A stretch of 64,000 nucleotides of DNA, taken from an uncultured virus (IMG/VR IMGVR_UViG_3300027751_000012). Its lineage: Duplodnaviria; Heunggongvirae; Uroviricota; Caudoviricetes. The DNA lies in the IMG/VR virus record IMGVR_UViG_3300027751_000012. The stretch is one strand, 5' to 3'. The notes beneath the pieces are model-generated. The model was not told the DNA's origin. It saw only the letters and a list, made by a program, of their open reading frames with translations, and made no database searches. The translations under genes and the position numbers were made by a program. Shown one piece after another: positions 48,990 to 59,497 of this stretch (within the stretch, counting starts at the first letter, position 1; each line of letters opens with the position of its first letter).

Positions 48990-50366
48990 TTAATTAAATA
49001 AGTCGGCAGTTTTGAGGAAACGACCGCCCCATAGGGATTTCTGAACCATATCTGATTCAGTTTCCTGAACAATCTCGCCTAGATCGCCAGATTTACGGAA
49101 AGCGGTGTCTGCCTCAACAGCATCTACTCGCTTGCCAAATTCGTTAAACTCACTCTTGGATGCAGTAACCTCGTCCTTTACGGACTTAATCTCTGCATTG
49201 GCACCATCGAGTGACTTCTTAAGATCAGCAACTTGCTCGTTAAGAGACTTAATAACTGCTGAAAGATCGCTAAAGGCTGATGTAATACCGCTCTGCAATT
49301 CAGCAACAGCGACAGAAACATCGTCTGACTTAGATACCTCTTCAGCTGCCTCAACAGAATCAGACTTCTTGTCTTCATAAGACTTGTCCTCTTCCTCCAT
49401 ATCAGCTGACTTCTCAGTGGCATCGGCTTCATCAGCCTTCTCCTCCATGTCGTCTTCATCCATGTCGTCTGTCTTGACAACCTCAGCGTCGTCTGCCTTC
49501 TCCATTGCGGAGTCTGCAGCCTCAACTACGGCATCTGCCTCTGGAGCGATCTCGTCTGATTTCTCAACTACAGCGTCTTCTGCTGCATTTGTGTTTTCTT
49601 CAGTCATAGGATCTTCCTCCTTGTTCATCTTAGAAAGATTAATGCCTTTAGCACTATCAACTAAGAACTTTATCATTTCTGTTTTCTCGTTGTCATTCTT
49701 TTCAACGAAACCTATGTTCTTCATAGCATTGCCATTTACTGGACTTACGGCTGAGTCTTCTGCCGATACCATTACCATGCCAGACTCATTATCCCAAAAA
49801 ACATTTTCAATCTCTACATCAAATGCATCGCCCTTTACGACGTCAACGCCGTCCACCTTTTCGATAGACATAATGTTTGCAAATTGATTAGCTGGAGTGT
49901 CTACTAAGGACAGCTCTACTAGGTCATATTCTTTAATAACTCTAATTTGCTTTTCCATCTTCTCGTCATAAGCGTCGTCCCACTCATTCATGCGACCGCC
50001 AATAGAAAAGCCAGATAGGGTTCCATCAAGAACCTTTTCCCAGGTGTCTTGTGCACCTTTTGAAACATATGCAGATACATATACTCCAGAGAAGAACTTC
50101 TTGGATTCTGGATCAAAGTATTTCTCTTCTTTAAATGCTACCATTTTGCCGACTGCTAGTGGCTGGTGCATTTCACGAATGTTCCCACGAAACTTTGAGA
50201 AGGCACTGATTGATGCCTCTGTGGTTACAATGTCATCTTGTCTATCTACGTTATCAAGCGTAGCAAATCCTGAGACGATGCGTCTCTCTTTGTCTACCTT
50301 GCTAAAAGGCATTGACAGACGTACGTTGTCACCGTCTGTAACGAACTGCGTTTTCGAAATAGTCAT
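48990..50366 (-). CDS. prohead protease fused to an acidic scaffold
   Basis: HK97-type protease motifs IREMH, GFSIGG and ELSLVDTPAN; C-terminal acidic and coiled-coil region. Confidence 0.88.
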   Translation of the reverse strand: MTISKTQFVTDGDNVRLSMPFSKVDKERRIVSGFATLDNVDRQDDIVTTEASISAFSKFRGNIREMHQPLAVGKMVAFKEEKYFDPESKKFFSGVYVSAYVSKGAQDTWEKVLDGTLSGFSIGGRMNEWDDAYDEKMEKQIRVIKEYDLVELSLVDTPANQFANIMSIEKVDGVDVVKGDAFDVEIENVFWDNESGMVMVSAEDSAVSPVNGNAMKNIGFVEKNDNEKTEMIKFLVDSAKGINLSKMNKEEDPMTEENTNAAEDAVVEKSDEIAPEADAVVEAADSAMEKADDAEVVKTDDMDEDDMEEKADEADATEKSADMEEEDKSYEDKKSDSVEAAEEVSKSDDVSVAVAELQSGITSAFSDLSAVIKSLNEQVADLKKSLDGANAEIKSVKDEVTASKSEFNEFGKRVDAVEADTAFRKSGDLGEIVQETESDMVQKSLWGGRFLKTADLFN

Positions 50367-50416
50367 ACTAGTTTATTATATACCCTTTTTTATAAAAAAG
50401 TTACGAAATGGTAACT

Positions 50417-52015
50417 TTATTCTGAAGAATTTCCTTCGCCTTGGGCGTTACGACCAGAAACAGTTGCAGATCCATCTGATTGATTATTAGTTCTCTCTGC
50501 ATCTCGCTGTCTGTTTCCAGCCAAGTTTGCTCTTGCATCAGTAGATTGTCTTGGAGACATATCAAAGACTTCATCTCCCCCAGACCTCTGAGGCATACCC
50601 AGAGCCTCTCTAGCCTCATTGGGTGTCATGACCTGGGTCTTGATATACCTCTCAAGGATCTGAGACTGTGCAATTTCATCTGTAAGAGTGAGCTCATTAA
50701 ACTTAAACTCTAGCAAGTCTGTCTTTTCACGAACAACCTTATTAATCATCTTTTCAAGATTTGTCTGTGCTGGTCTTGCTACCTGCTCTTTGAATGTCCT
50801 ATCTTGAGCCAAGGCTGATGCAATAGATGATGCATCTGCACCACCAATCTTAGATAGCGGAACCTGATGGGCAACAAGAATATCGTCACGGTTACGAAGC
50901 CTGTACTCATTAAAGGATGCCTCTTGAACACCATTCTCGATTGGCTCCATGTTAAACTCTACCTTGTTGGTATCTGAGTCTCCTGGCAAAGGAATGTAGA
51001 GGGTTCTGTGAGACTGTCCCTTAAGACTTGTCTGTAAAAATCTGAATAGCTTATCTTCTGCATCTCCAGATAGCTTTGCACCTTTTAGAGTTACGATGTA
51101 CCTAGGAGTTGCTTTATTTGCAAAGTAGTCAATATTGTACTGGCTGGCTAGCTGATCTCCCTGTAGAGATGAAATAGCAGACATAATATCTGGAATACCA
51201 TAGAACGTGTTTAGTGGAGAATATTCCTTATAGTGAAGAATCTCATTTGGCCTTGGGTCAGTAGTGATAGGATTCTGATTCTTTGCCCCGAAGTTTCTAA
51301 AGTAAACAACCTTCTGACCAATGATCTGAACATATCCATCTCTCAGTCTACGGACACGCATTGTTGTAGCAGGTATGTGACCTAGGTAACCAATTTCACC
51401 GTTAGTCTTTCGTCCCACTTCAAGATATCCGTTGCCCGTTGCCTGTACGTCTGTAAAAAATTTCATTAGGGTGTGTGTGATCGAGTCGTCCTGATTAAGA
51501 CTTTCTAGCCACTCTGTCAACTCTAGTCGTGCCCTCTCAATACGCTTTCGTGCCTTTTGAGTTGCAGTCTCATTTGTATTTGACTCAAGCTGCATTAGTG
51601 CTCTCTTGCCAATGCTAAAGTCATAGCCAAGACCGACAATGTTTTCAACCTTAGCGTCAATAGCTGCGTGGTTTGCAAACGAAGTGTCATAAAAGTTTGC
51701 CAGTTCGTAAAGGTTCCATGGTGGCGTAATGACATCAAACATTCCGTAACCATTGTGATAAACAGAACCAGGATTGATCTCCTTTGAGCTAGCACCCTCA
51801 CCAGTCTTGATGGCACCAGCAGATGTAAGATATCTATCTGTTGGCTCTACAGCAACAGCCTTAGAAATTCTGGTAGCTCTACGCTTAAAGTTAGAATCTA
51901 TCCCACCAAGAGTCTTTAGTGTATCCCAAGACTTATTAAATGGATCCTTTGCTTTAAATTCGTTTGGCTCTGGGTCAAACTCGCCCATTCTTGCATTAAT
52001 AATGTATTCTGACAT
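50417..52015 (-). CDS. portal protein
   Basis: TGNGYLEV, FYGIPD, YFANKATP and MTPNEAREALG; upstream of the protease. Confidence 0.9.
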   Translation of the reverse strand: MSEYIINARMGEFDPEPNEFKAKDPFNKSWDTLKTLGGIDSNFKRRATRISKAVAVEPTDRYLTSAGAIKTGEGASSKEINPGSVYHNGYGMFDVITPPWNLYELANFYDTSFANHAAIDAKVENIVGLGYDFSIGKRALMQLESNTNETATQKARKRIERARLELTEWLESLNQDDSITHTLMKFFTDVQATGNGYLEVGRKTNGEIGYLGHIPATTMRVRRLRDGYVQIIGQKVVYFRNFGAKNQNPITTDPRPNEILHYKEYSPLNTFYGIPDIMSAISSLQGDQLASQYNIDYFANKATPRYIVTLKGAKLSGDAEDKLFRFLQTSLKGQSHRTLYIPLPGDSDTNKVEFNMEPIENGVQEASFNEYRLRNRDDILVAHQVPLSKIGGADASSIASALAQDRTFKEQVARPAQTNLEKMINKVVREKTDLLEFKFNELTLTDEIAQSQILERYIKTQVMTPNEAREALGMPQRSGGDEVFDMSPRQSTDARANLAGNRQRDAERTNNQSDGSATVSGRNAQGEGNSSE

Positions 52016-52398
52016 TATCCCTCATCTCCATAGGCATCAAGACTCTTCTTAGCAGCAAGAAGTGCACCAACGTCATTCATGCTAGGGATAAGTCCCTGCT
52101 TCATTCTGTCAATCTGTTCTGAGTACTCTTCATCGCTAATTCTTTCAGTACCAGGAAAGAATACGGCCTCGCCGTCTGGCTCTCCGTGATGAGCTGCTGC
52201 TGTCTTAAGTTTTTGAATCTGGTTTTGGTCACCCTTGTTAGCTGGTATGTTCAAAACGTTACCGCTTCCATCTGTAAAGAACTTTCCATTTGACTTCTTC
52301 CAGGCATAAATACCCCAGGCGTAACCAGACTTTGGCATCATTGTTAGCTTAGCACTTTTTAGTGCTTGCTCCATAGCGTCAGGCTTTTCTTTATTCAT
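52015..52398 (-). CDS. hypothetical protein
   Basis: Likely start MNKEKP at 52398, 6 nt after TGGTATACT. Confidence 0.65.
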   Translation of the reverse strand: MNKEKPDAMEQALKSAKLTMMPKSGYAWGIYAWKKSNGKFFTDGSGNVLNIPANKGDQNQIQKLKTAAAHHGEPDGEAVFFPGTERISDEEYSEQIDRMKQGLIPSMNDVGALLAAKKSLDAYGDEG

Positions 52399-52415
52399 GA
52401 CACTAGTATACCACA

Positions 52416-55400
52416 TTAAACTGGAGAAACAACCTTTGTGTTCCATTCTGCACCAATATATCCACGATAAGCATAATTTTTAAAGGACAAAGTGCTAGAA
52501 TCTCCAACAATAAACTTGTTTGTGCCTATGTAAGCTTTATATATTGCTACTAAATCAATTAAATACCGTTTTGTTGTTGGTATATACAATACATTTTCCC
52601 AAGTAATAGCTGGAACTTGTGAAAGAAAGTCTTCCCATGTTGCTGGATTAATTCCCTCAGCATCGAGAATGCTTTCTAGCTCTGCCCATGTTCTAAACTT
52701 ATTTGTAATACCAGTCTTATCAGATGTGATCCTGTAGGAAGCTACAGAGTCAACAGATAGATTTCCAACTAGCTTTATGTTTCCAGTAAATGAGTCAAAG
52801 TTTAGGCTTTCCGCTGACTGAATGGAAAGCACTGCCCACTCGTTTGGCAATAAGTATCCCGAAGATACAAGATTTCCATTTACATAAAGAGAAAGACCTC
52901 CAACAGCCTCTCCCAAGTCATCGGTGAAGAATATCCTACCTCTTGATCCAGACGTATTGTCTGCAACTACATAAGCATAGATAGTTTTTCTATACGACTC
53001 TATCTCCAGAATCTTTTCTGCTACCTGCGGAAATGATGAATAGTTATACTTGGCAAATAGCTGGATGCCACCGACACGATAAGACAATGACTTTTCTGGA
53101 TTTACTGGGAACATGATTCCACGATCAGTGGCTGTGCTGCCCAGTAACCTGATTCCTCCATCATCGGTCAGGTATAGGTATGGGCTTGTGCCCTTATAAA
53201 TTTGTATTGGATTTTTTGCCTTATAGTCATTATAGATGCCACTCTTTACATAAGGGTACACATCATTACCAAGCTTAGTTCCAACTGGTGTTTGTTTGTA
53301 CACCTCGTTTACCTGAGAAGCTATCTGCAGTGACTTAATCATTACCTTAGAGCTTTGAATTCCAGGGATGATAGCGTCTATATGAACTACCAAAGCTATT
53401 TTGGAGAAGTCTTGGCCTTCTGGAGGGAAGACAACGGTTCCGTCTACAAACTCATACCTGGTATTAGTCCATTCTAATCCTGGCTGAATTACTTTATCTA
53501 CAGGTGCTGGCAATGCATTTGGTATGCTCTCAGATAGGCTGTTGGGGTTACTTCCCATATATTGAAAAGACAGATATGTTCTGACTGGAGAGCCATCAGT
53601 GTTAAAGCTATTGCCAGCTTGTGTATACACAATTGGGTTGTCAACATTTAGTTGTAGATAATCTAGCCTATACGATGACTGACCTGAGCCGTCGGTTATT
53701 GTTTTAGCAAAGTACTGAAGTGGAATATAGTCTTGCCAAGAAGCATCTATTGCAATATCTATGTCAAAATACCCCAGGTACTCCCTTGGTGATACCGTAT
53801 AGCTTGCTGTATGAGTATAAAGCTGACTAGCTATAAATGATGTTGGGTCTCCACCATCTAAAAAGTCTGTTATTTCTGTATCATATGCTCCACCAGATAG
53901 CTCTGTTGCACTATCATACTGGTCGAAAACGTTTTCTATGTTTGCAACCGTTCCACTGCTATTGAAGTATTGAGATATTTTTTGTAGGTTTCTTTTTGTA
54001 GATAGTCCTACACGATATATCTTTCCAGTAAATGTACTTGAAAAATCTGGCTCATCTCCTACGTACATCTTTAGAGTACTCTTGGCTCCAAAGAATGTAG
54101 CAATGTTAGAACCATATACAGAAGAGAACTTGTCAATATCAATGCCTGCAGTGGTGGCCAATCCAACTGTATGCTGTGACTCAGAAGTTACCGTTGTGAT
54201 GTTAGCTCCATACTTCAAAGTATATACAATTTCTGTACCAGTGATAGTAATGCTAAAAAAGTTTTTAGTTACAGAATCTTCAATTTTAAGAATGGTCTGG
54301 TCAGAGTCTTCTGTGGATCTAAAAACAACGTAAAGTGCTTTAAGATCTTGCCTAAGCACTGCCAGACTATTGAAGAATAGATATCCTCCATCTGAGTTAT
54401 CTAAGGATAGATTTATGAACTTTCTTGGGTCAGTGGAGTCGTTGTTAGCAGAGAGATTAGATTCTAGCCACGACTCTCTGTCTGTGTTATTAAGTATAAT
54501 TTCTGGCAGAGGATATTCTGGTGATGTTAAGACGTTATCATCAACAGATAGATTCTCTACGACTCCCTGGTTCCACCTACCCATGTCTGGGTATAAGTAG
54601 TTATTTGCGTATCCAGCATTTCTGTAGTCAATGATGGCTGAGGACCCTCCGAATGAGCTATTATTGCTTTCTGGGTACTCTACCCCCTGTCCATACACAA
54701 ACCTTCTTTTTGCAACTATTTCTGGAACAGAGTATGGATATATGGCTGGTGACTCAATGTCAAAATACAATAGGTCGTTGCTCCCATAAAATCCTATCCA
54801 GTCCTGGTTTTTGCCATAGTAAAGAGATGAAAGAGTGTTATTGTCTGAGCTTGGCAGTGTCACCGTATCAGTATCTATCGTCATTGAAGATGTTAGCTCC
54901 CCGTTGATGAGCATTGACACAGAGTTTCTAATTACTCTAATGTGAACCAACATTGGTCTTCCCCAGCTTCCAACAAAGTGAGACATTGTCTGGTTATCTA
55001 GCTTAAATGTTAGAAATTGGCCATCTACATATAGTCCGTCATCTGAACCTATTGGTCCTAAAATTCTTGTTGGAGTATAGGACGAAGTAGAAACCCGAAT
55101 CCATGTCTCTAAAGTCATGTTCTTATTTCTACCAACATCATTTAAGAATCCGAAGCCTGGAAGTACGAGAGATGGTCCATAATCACTTTGTCTAATTTTA
55201 GTTGCATTTGATGAACCATACACAATTGGTAGTCCATCGTTATACGACAACAAGCTGCTATCGGATGCTAGATAGTATCCAGGACTGCTTTTTAGACCAT
55301 ATGCAGGAGCTTCAATTGCTGGCTGGTCAGCGATGGCTATGCTTGGGGCGAGGGAATAAAGACTTGTTCCTGAAGTTCCAGAGGTTTTTGTGTTTTGGTT

Positions 55401-55949
55401 TTCACTCCACTGTGAAAATGAAATTCCATTAATAAACAATGCATAGTCCCCAATAGAAGAAGCATTGACCCTTACCACCAACCTTAATGGCTCATTTGTA
55501 TCTGGCATGTCAAAGGTCTTAGATAAAAATGCCCAAACTCCAGTGCCAGATATTGAAAAGTTTTCCAGTACCTGTATTACACTACCATCAGTATATTCGT
55601 AGCCAATATCAATAGATGTGATTGCTGAATTCTGAGAGTAAACGTACGTTGATATATTAAAGTTTTCTTTACTCTGATCCATCAAGACAGGGCTAATAAT
55701 TCCATTACTAGTTGCAACTAACTGATCTGATGCCTGGACGTCTAGCCTTACTGTTGGTGACTCTGTCGGTCTAGCTATACCAGAAAGGCTCTCTAGAGAT
55801 GACTCCCCACCGCTGATTGACCAGGAAGACATTTTTTTGTCAGCTGACGATAGGAAGGATAAGAAATCTACTTGGTCGTCAAGAGCCCACAATGCCACTG
55901 GGTGTTCTGAAAACACTTTCTCTGCATAAAGATTAGATGGTTGTGACAT
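52416..55949 (-). CDS. large virion protein with LamG/concanavalin-like domains
   Basis: PVALWALDD, TLETWIR and LINGEL beta-sandwich signatures; 1177 aa. Confidence 0.6.
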   Translation of the reverse strand: MSQPSNLYAEKVFSEHPVALWALDDQVDFLSFLSSADKKMSSWSISGGESSLESLSGIARPTESPTVRLDVQASDQLVATSNGIISPVLMDQSKENFNISTYVYSQNSAITSIDIGYEYTDGSVIQVLENFSISGTGVWAFLSKTFDMPDTNEPLRLVVRVNASSIGDYALFINGISFSQWSENQNTKTSGTSGTSLYSLAPSIAIADQPAIEAPAYGLKSSPGYYLASDSSLLSYNDGLPIVYGSSNATKIRQSDYGPSLVLPGFGFLNDVGRNKNMTLETWIRVSTSSYTPTRILGPIGSDDGLYVDGQFLTFKLDNQTMSHFVGSWGRPMLVHIRVIRNSVSMLINGELTSSMTIDTDTVTLPSSDNNTLSSLYYGKNQDWIGFYGSNDLLYFDIESPAIYPYSVPEIVAKRRFVYGQGVEYPESNNSSFGGSSAIIDYRNAGYANNYLYPDMGRWNQGVVENLSVDDNVLTSPEYPLPEIILNNTDRESWLESNLSANNDSTDPRKFINLSLDNSDGGYLFFNSLAVLRQDLKALYVVFRSTEDSDQTILKIEDSVTKNFFSITITGTEIVYTLKYGANITTVTSESQHTVGLATTAGIDIDKFSSVYGSNIATFFGAKSTLKMYVGDEPDFSSTFTGKIYRVGLSTKRNLQKISQYFNSSGTVANIENVFDQYDSATELSGGAYDTEITDFLDGGDPTSFIASQLYTHTASYTVSPREYLGYFDIDIAIDASWQDYIPLQYFAKTITDGSGQSSYRLDYLQLNVDNPIVYTQAGNSFNTDGSPVRTYLSFQYMGSNPNSLSESIPNALPAPVDKVIQPGLEWTNTRYEFVDGTVVFPPEGQDFSKIALVVHIDAIIPGIQSSKVMIKSLQIASQVNEVYKQTPVGTKLGNDVYPYVKSGIYNDYKAKNPIQIYKGTSPYLYLTDDGGIRLLGSTATDRGIMFPVNPEKSLSYRVGGIQLFAKYNYSSFPQVAEKILEIESYRKTIYAYVVADNTSGSRGRIFFTDDLGEAVGGLSLYVNGNLVSSGYLLPNEWAVLSIQSAESLNFDSFTGNIKLVGNLSVDSVASYRITSDKTGITNKFRTWAELESILDAEGINPATWEDFLSQVPAITWENVLYIPTTKRYLIDLVAIYKAYIGTNKFIVGDSSTLSFKNYAYRGYIGAEWNTKVVSPV

Positions 55950-55977
55950 TTTTCTCCTACCTTATTCTACCATACTA

Positions 55978-57522
55978 CTATATTGATTTTTGCCACTGCG
56001 ACCCATCATAGTAATATACTGTTCCACGTGTGTTCCAGTTACCGTTATAGAACATCATATCTTTTTCTTCCCAGATAGATCCATTGAAGACATATACCCT
56101 GCCTCCGATATCAGAGACTGTCATTGTGTATGTAGGTGTAGAAATATACTCGCTTGTGTTGTTATATGCTCTGATAGTGAAGACGTATGTTCCAGATGCT
56201 GTAAAAGATCCAGACAGTAGTCCAGTTGATACATTCAGTGTTATTCCAGGTGGAAGAGTTCCAGATACTGAGTAGTATGCAGCATCTATTGCACTGACAG
56301 AGTCAGAGTAGGCCTGCCCTACTGAATAGTTTCCGCTTGAAACTGTCTGATCTGACCATACTGGAAAATAGTCACTCACTGTAAATGCTCTATCTATTGA
56401 TGTTGCACCACCATCTGAATTGCTTGCATAAAATCTTACAGTAAAAGATCCATAAGATGTTGGAGTACCAGATAATGAGTTTGTACCCAAGCTCAGTCCA
56501 GACACTAAAGATCCGCTGACCACAGAAGAAGAGTATGTTATAGCTGAGCTATCGGCTATGGTTGCAGAAACTGAGTCATTGTAGTATGTTCCTCTACGAA
56601 GAGATGATCCCATGGATGAATCTGACCAGGAAGGTATTGGGTAATATACGTAGCTACTTCCATTAAGTGGGGTTGATCCACCATCTCCAATTGCAGTTAC
56701 TGACCAATAGAAAGTGCCAGATTGGTTTGGTGTTCCTGAAAGGTATCCATTTGTTCCTCCAGTAGCCCAGGACGGCTTGCTGGTCCATGAATAAGAGTTT
56801 GTGTCGTACGCCTGAACCCTGTTGGAACTATTATATGCACCATAAGAATAATCACCGAGCGTTGTATCCCAGAAAACAGGTGCTGGTGTTGATATAGTCC
56901 ACTGAGCATATAAAGTTTGTGTTGAGGTTACAGCAAAATAGCTGCCAGCCCCACCACGATAGCTTCCTCCAGATGCTGCACTGTACCATCCGTTAAATGT
57001 ATATCCAGTTCTGCTGGGGGTGGGCAGGGTTACTCCATCTCCTGATCCAGCCCTAATAGATGATGTTGAAACAGATCCACCATTAGCGTCATAGCTGACG
57101 GTATATACATTGGCAAATGGAACGCTTAAAGACTGCGTCATATTTTGAGGAACAACGGAACTGGTTCCGCTACCATCTACAGAGACATCTACTGTCCAAG
57201 ATTTTGTCCAGGTGCCACCGCTATTTGAGGCATAGTCAGTGTCTCTATCTACGCTCTCAACTAGAAGTAGCGTTGCATTGTAACTAGTACTATACTGTTG
57301 AGATGCTGACGCCAGGGTGACGCTTCCAACCTTTATAGAGCTAGTTATGGTGTAGTTAGTAAAGTAGTTATTGCTTGGTGCAATAACATACGTTCTGACT
57401 GTAGTTCTTGCTGTAGGGCGAGGAGATCCGTTAGCATCTATAATAACAGTTGACCAGTCTGTTTTAATCTTATATCCACCAACACCTGCAGCTGATGTTT
57501 CGCTACCACTTGTTCCAGCCAT
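55978..57522 (-). CDS. fibre/adhesin protein with an InlB B-repeat (Flg_new) and putative Ig domains
   Basis: YTVSYDANGG...LPTPSRTGYTFNGWY...LYAQW; three SGTP/GTLPPGITL Ig-like units; rich in Ser, Thr, Gly and Tyr. Confidence 0.75.
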   Translation of the reverse strand: MAGTSGSETSAAGVGGYKIKTDWSTVIIDANGSPRPTARTTVRTYVIAPSNNYFTNYTITSSIKVGSVTLASASQQYSTSYNATLLLVESVDRDTDYASNSGGTWTKSWTVDVSVDGSGTSSVVPQNMTQSLSVPFANVYTVSYDANGGSVSTSSIRAGSGDGVTLPTPSRTGYTFNGWYSAASGGSYRGGAGSYFAVTSTQTLYAQWTISTPAPVFWDTTLGDYSYGAYNSSNRVQAYDTNSYSWTSKPSWATGGTNGYLSGTPNQSGTFYWSVTAIGDGGSTPLNGSSYVYYPIPSWSDSSMGSSLRRGTYYNDSVSATIADSSAITYSSSVVSGSLVSGLSLGTNSLSGTPTSYGSFTVRFYASNSDGGATSIDRAFTVSDYFPVWSDQTVSSGNYSVGQAYSDSVSAIDAAYYSVSGTLPPGITLNVSTGLLSGSFTASGTYVFTIRAYNNTSEYISTPTYTMTVSDIGGRVYVFNGSIWEEKDMMFYNGNWNTRGTVYYYDGSQWQKSI

Positions 57523-57530
57523 AGAATCCC

Positions 57531-58607
57531 CTAAGCTGTCTTAACCCAAATATCCCCAGATACCATGCCGCTTGTAGGCTGAGTAGATTGAACAAATAAA
57601 GACCTATTGTTAATCTTTGAGGCATTGCTTGCTGTACCAGTTAGGGAGCCAGTAATTGACGTAGCGTTTACGCTTGATGCTGATATTGCATTAGCAGATA
57701 GAGTGCCAGTAAAAGTTGGGTCTGCTAGCTTTGCAACTACTGCTTGGTCAATTGAAATTTGTGTTCCATTAACAACGATTCCAACTCCTGGCGTAACAGA
57801 TAGCCCTCCAGCAAATTGCGTCATAGTTATACTATCTGTTCCTACAGTAAATGTGCTTGGATTATCTACTAAGGCTACATATCCAGCACCTGCATTAAGA
57901 GTTCCATATTTTACGAAAAGATACATTCCTGGTATTTCGTCTGCTGTGTCGCAAAGACTACACCTTCTAAGAACCCATGGTGTTGATGATGATCCAGAGT
58001 CAAGCAGGACATAGCGACCATTTTCTGCTGAATTTGTCTGATCTTTTACCAAAATTCCATCGTACTGGTTCCACCCAGTTGTCAAATCATCTAGGCCTGG
58101 CCACTCACCATTTGAGTTAGAGGTAAGGGTTGCACCAACACCAAGTGCACCGTTATCATACGTGGTATCTAGGGCAGTAGTAGTTGCTGCTTCAACAGCA
58201 GGTTTTGTTACGATTCCTGCTGCGACACTATCGACATAGTCTATAGTTGCTAGCCTGGAAGTATCTGCAATCCCATGAACCAATGTTGTGTCTGAGTTGT
58301 GGGTATTTAATTCTGTGTTAATCTTAGCTACAGCATTAGCTAGCTGAGTTAGTGGCACTTGGCCATTGGAATCCAATGATGCAACTCCATCGTTTTCTCC
58401 TACAGCTGATGCAAGAAGAAAGTCTGCAAAGCTACCACTTTCAAAATAAGGAAGGTCTGTCCATGTAGTAGAGCTATCGCCCATTTTAAATCCAGTAGTA
58501 CCGTCTGGCCTGATCTCAACACCAAGCTCTCCAAATTCCAGAACTGGGTTAGCGGTAGTCCACTGCTCGGCGGTTCCACGCCTAAGGGTAATTCTTTGAA
58601 CTGTCAA
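57531..58607 (-). CDS. tail fibre protein with Mtd-like N-terminus
   Basis: ITLRRGTAEQWTTANPVL..GELGVE...KMGD, GVASLDSNGQVP and ILVKDQTNSAENG. Confidence 0.75.
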   Translation of the reverse strand: MTVQRITLRRGTAEQWTTANPVLEFGELGVEIRPDGTTGFKMGDSSTTWTDLPYFESGSFADFLLASAVGENDGVASLDSNGQVPLTQLANAVAKINTELNTHNSDTTLVHGIADTSRLATIDYVDSVAAGIVTKPAVEAATTTALDTTYDNGALGVGATLTSNSNGEWPGLDDLTTGWNQYDGILVKDQTNSAENGRYVLLDSGSSSTPWVLRRCSLCDTADEIPGMYLFVKYGTLNAGAGYVALVDNPSTFTVGTDSITMTQFAGGLSVTPGVGIVVNGTQISIDQAVVAKLADPTFTGTLSANAISASSVNATSITGSLTGTASNASKINNRSLFVQSTQPTSGMVSGDIWVKTA

Positions 58608-58645
58608 GGTTAGTTCTCCTAATAGATATCTAACCTATTATACCA

Positions 58646-58783
58646 TTAGTTGAAGGACATTTTGCTTTTTTCATGCTTGTCTAATGGTCCACAAGCATTA
58701 CAGCTATAAGCCTTAATTCCAGTCACTGGGCATTGATTTATTGATACCTTATGCCCTCTTAACTTACATAGAAGTGCTTTCAT
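58646..58783 (-). CDS. small Cys/His zinc-binding protein, 45 aa (not in ORF track)
   Basis: MKALLCKLRGHKVSINQCPVTGIKAYSCNACGPLDKHEKSKMSFN; ATGA overlap with the oxygenase stop. Confidence 0.65.
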   Translation of the reverse strand: MKALLCKLRGHKVSINQCPVTGIKAYSCNACGPLDKHEKSKMSFN

Positions 58784-59445
58784 CGAAGAGGAGTCCAATG
58801 CTGTTCATCCTCTGGGCCTAAACCTTCTAATGAAGATAGCGGCGATACATCATAGGCTACCGTTATTCTTGGTCCGTCCCAGTCCCAGTCGGCCATGGCG
58901 TGTGAGTGCCCCATCTCTGACAATATGGCCTTATTATTTACGTTGTTGTTAATCTTGTGCTCACCGAATGTATAGTAGTGAGTTTCAGATGGTTCTGCAG
59001 ATACGGCGTAGTAGCCATGAAAGAATGGTGCACCAACAGGTGAGTGATCATGCCAGTCTAGTCTGCCCTTTTTAGAGTAGTTTACATTAAACCAACCCTG
59101 AATCATGTACTGTTGTTCATCAAAGTCTATCTCATAGTATTCACAAGCTTCATGAACCATTTCGCTGACTGCATCGTAAAGCTTTCGTATTCCTGGAATG
59201 TAAAATTGAAATACATTATACTGTCTCCACTTCATAGTGGATACACTATTAGATTCTTTCCAGTAGTCACTATCTGTCACTGGAGTTACCCCCTCAAGCT
59301 CTGCACGCTCGATTCTTCCATACCTATCTAGCAAAGCTTCTGATAACTCTGTAAGGTTGTTGCCCACATTTTTCTCGAAGAACCTATGTGGTTGGGAAGA
59401 GTGACTCTTGCTTATTCTTGGGTCATACTGAGGATGCTCCTGCAT
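58780..59445 (-). CDS. putative 2OG-Fe(II) oxygenase/cupin, HxH...H type; paralog of 5971..6696
   Basis: GWFNVN, WHDH, FHGYYAVSAEPS, HSHAM and RITVAYD motifs. Confidence 0.7.
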   Translation of the reverse strand: MQEHPQYDPRISKSHSSQPHRFFEKNVGNNLTELSEALLDRYGRIERAELEGVTPVTDSDYWKESNSVSTMKWRQYNVFQFYIPGIRKLYDAVSEMVHEACEYYEIDFDEQQYMIQGWFNVNYSKKGRLDWHDHSPVGAPFFHGYYAVSAEPSETHYYTFGEHKINNNVNNKAILSEMGHSHAMADWDWDGPRITVAYDVSPLSSLEGLGPEDEQHWTPLR

Positions 59446-59478
59446 TCCTCCTCCATTCTACTGTAATTATATAAAACA

Positions 59479-59487
59479 ATTATAGCA
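59479..59487 (-). promoter_or_regulatory. extended -10 TGCTATAAT
   Basis: Intergenic, upstream of the oxygenase gene (GGAGGAGG RBS). Confidence 0.6.
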
Positions 59488-59497
59488 TAAAGGTTTA

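Noticed and set aside
35618..50490. Numerous plus-strand ORFs of 60-167 aa
   Set aside because: All are antisense to well-supported minus-strand genes, are Ser-rich shadows of the codon bias and show no recognisable motifs.
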